DNA from: a virus
Taxonomy: Duplodnaviria; Caudoviricetes
DNA: 24,578 bases
Direction: 5' to 3' (one strand)
Virus record (IMG/VR): IMGVR_UViG_3300032247_000350
Location: 1-24,578 of that record
A program made the position numbers and the translations under genes. The notes beneath the pieces are model-generated. The model was not told the origin of the DNA. It did no database searches and saw nothing but the letters and a program-made list of their open reading frames with translations. This document shows, one piece after another, positions 23,295-24,578 of the stretch (position 1 is its first letter; each line of letters opens with the position of its first letter).

Positions 23295-24485
23295 TCATTT
23301 GGCAAGCGTGGCCTTTTTGCCAGTAAGGTTTTCCCATCGCTTCACAATCACATCGCAGTAGTTGGGGCTGATTTCCATTCCGTAGCATTTGCGTTTGGTT
23401 TGTTCTGCACCAATAAGAGTTGCACCAGAACCCAAAAATAGATCGAGAACCAGCCCGCTTGCTGGGCAAGAATTTGCCAATGCCCTTGCAGATAGCTCTA
23501 CTGGCTTTTGTGTTGGGTGAAACTCGTTTATTCTTGAACGCTTTTCGTCCCAAACAGAAACCTCATTGTTCGGGCCGTTCCAATATGGGCTTTGTCCTTT
23601 TTTGAAACAATATAAGCAGGGTTCGTGCTTCTGTTTATATTGTGCCCCAATAGCTCCGAATTGAGCTTGATTTTTATTCCAGATGAGCCAACTGCGAATC
23701 ACATAATTATTTGCTTGGAGGACTTGGAGGACTTGGAGGACTTGGAGCGACTTGGTTGCGGCAAACCATAAGTATAGTGCGGCCTCATCTTTCGAATGCC
23801 TAAACATATTTGGAACAGAATCATCATAGATTAGCGTGGAGTTATCGTTTTTAAGTTTTTCCCTACGCTTATCTGTTGCGTGTCCTCCATCATAATTAAC
23901 CCCATAAGGCGGGTCTGTGAAAACCATATCTGCCTTTTCTCCATTCATAAGCCTAGACACATCTGCCTCGCTTGTTGAGTCACCACAAAGCACCCGGTGT
24001 TCGCCAAGAAGCCACAAGTCGCCAAGCTTGGTAATCGCATCAACTGGAACTTCTGGCACTTCGTCCTCGGTTACTTCTGGGTGTGCGTCCTCCATCATCA
24101 ACGCAATCTCATCCATCCCGAACCCAGTAATTTCCATATCCAGATCGCCAGTATCGATTTCCTCTAGGATGTCTTTGAGCATCGGCATATCGAACTCTCC
24201 GCTTAACTTGTTGAGGGCGATGTTGGCCGCCTTCTCCTTTTGCTCGTCCAGATCGACCGCCCACACATCAACCTCGGTTTTGCCCATCGCCTTATAGACC
24301 TTGAGCCTCTGGTGGCCTCCGACCACATTTCCAGTTCGCACATTCCAAGTGATCGGTTGGATGTTTCCGAACTCCGCTAGGCTCTTGGTCAATCGACCCA
24401 TCGCCTCATCTGTAATTTTTCTTGGGTTATATTTTGCCGAAGAAATTTCGCTGATTTTTTTGGTAAGCAAGCAGGGGTATTTCAT
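23295..24485 (-). CDS. ParB-like domain fused to N6-A/N4-C DNA methyltransferase
   Basis: YNPRKI, FGNIQPI, VVGGHQRL (ParB); HRVLCGDS, TDPPYG, HPTQKPVEL, LDLFLGSG. Likely start ATG 24485 (MKYPC). Confidence 0.9.
   Translation of the reverse strand: MKYPCLLTKKISEISSAKYNPRKITDEAMGRLTKSLAEFGNIQPITWNVRTGNVVGGHQRLKVYKAMGKTEVDVWAVDLDEQKEKAANIALNKLSGEFDMPMLKDILEEIDTGDLDMEITGFGMDEIALMMEDAHPEVTEDEVPEVPVDAITKLGDLWLLGEHRVLCGDSTSEADVSRLMNGEKADMVFTDPPYGVNYDGGHATDKRREKLKNDNSTLIYDDSVPNMFRHSKDEAALYLWFAATKSLQVLQVLQVLQANNYVIRSWLIWNKNQAQFGAIGAQYKQKHEPCLYCFKKGQSPYWNGPNNEVSVWDEKRSRINEFHPTQKPVELSARALANSCPASGLVLDLFLGSGATLIGAEQTKRKCYGMEISPNYCDVIVKRWENLTGKKATLAK
23714..23747. repeat. 9-bp tandem repeat (CTTGGAGGA x3 plus 7 bp)
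   Basis: Perfect DNA repeat encoding LQVLQVLQVLQ inside the methyltransferase. Confidence 0.9.
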
Positions 24486-24578
24486 AATTGTTGGAAAAGT
24501 TACAAAAGATTTGTGGTGCAAGTGTTTGACATAAAGGTTCTTGGGTCAACTCTCACAGAAAGTGGGCGGCTAGGAACC

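Noticed and set aside
24486-24521. Track start at 24521 (TTG) for the methyltransferase
   Set aside because: ATG 24485 has the attATG context typical of this genome and begins the ParB-like domain.
3725-24534. Numerous plus-strand ORFs (e.g. 13995..14513, 14932..15447, 15574..15999, 17646..18194, 23917..24297)
   Set aside because: All lie antisense to well-supported phage genes and have Ser-rich, shadow-like composition.
1-24578. tRNA, rRNA, integrase, transposase or alternative genetic code
   Set aside because: No cloverleaf or rRNA-like segment seen, intergenic gaps are tiny, no recombinase motifs, and genes are intact under the standard code with TAA, TAG and TGA all used as stops.
1-24578. 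Naming a host taxon
   Set aside because: Only indirect clues (spanin-like genes, weak SD usage); the sequence alone does not support a specific host.

Overview
The window is the packaging, head, tail and lysis arm of a tailed dsDNA phage with lambda-like packaging and head genes and a probable non-contractile (sipho-type) tail. Every credible gene is on the minus strand. Reading from the right end: ParB-DNA methyltransferase fusion, small terminase, a PAPS-reductase-family gene split by a G11 tract, HNH nuclease, gpA-type large terminase, gpW, an 819-aa portal with extra C-terminal domains, a ferritin/Dps-like gene, protease with nested scaffold, decoration protein, major capsid protein, a glycosyltransferase/methyltransferase cluster, head-tail and tail genes (including an unannotated -1 frameshift chaperone), tape measure, tail-tip proteins, and a small lysis cassette missing from the ORF track. 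The most striking unexplained signal is a minus-strand TTGACA-N13-17-ATG element in front of about ten genes. It is too close to the start codon to be a canonical sigma70 -35 box and is a candidate new late-promoter or translation system. Also notable: head proteins carrying appended domains (one HiPIP-like) next to a ferritin-like gene, a probable virion glycosylation cluster, and slippage-prone repeats in both putative DNA-modification genes. All family assignments come from motif recognition by eye; no database search was run.
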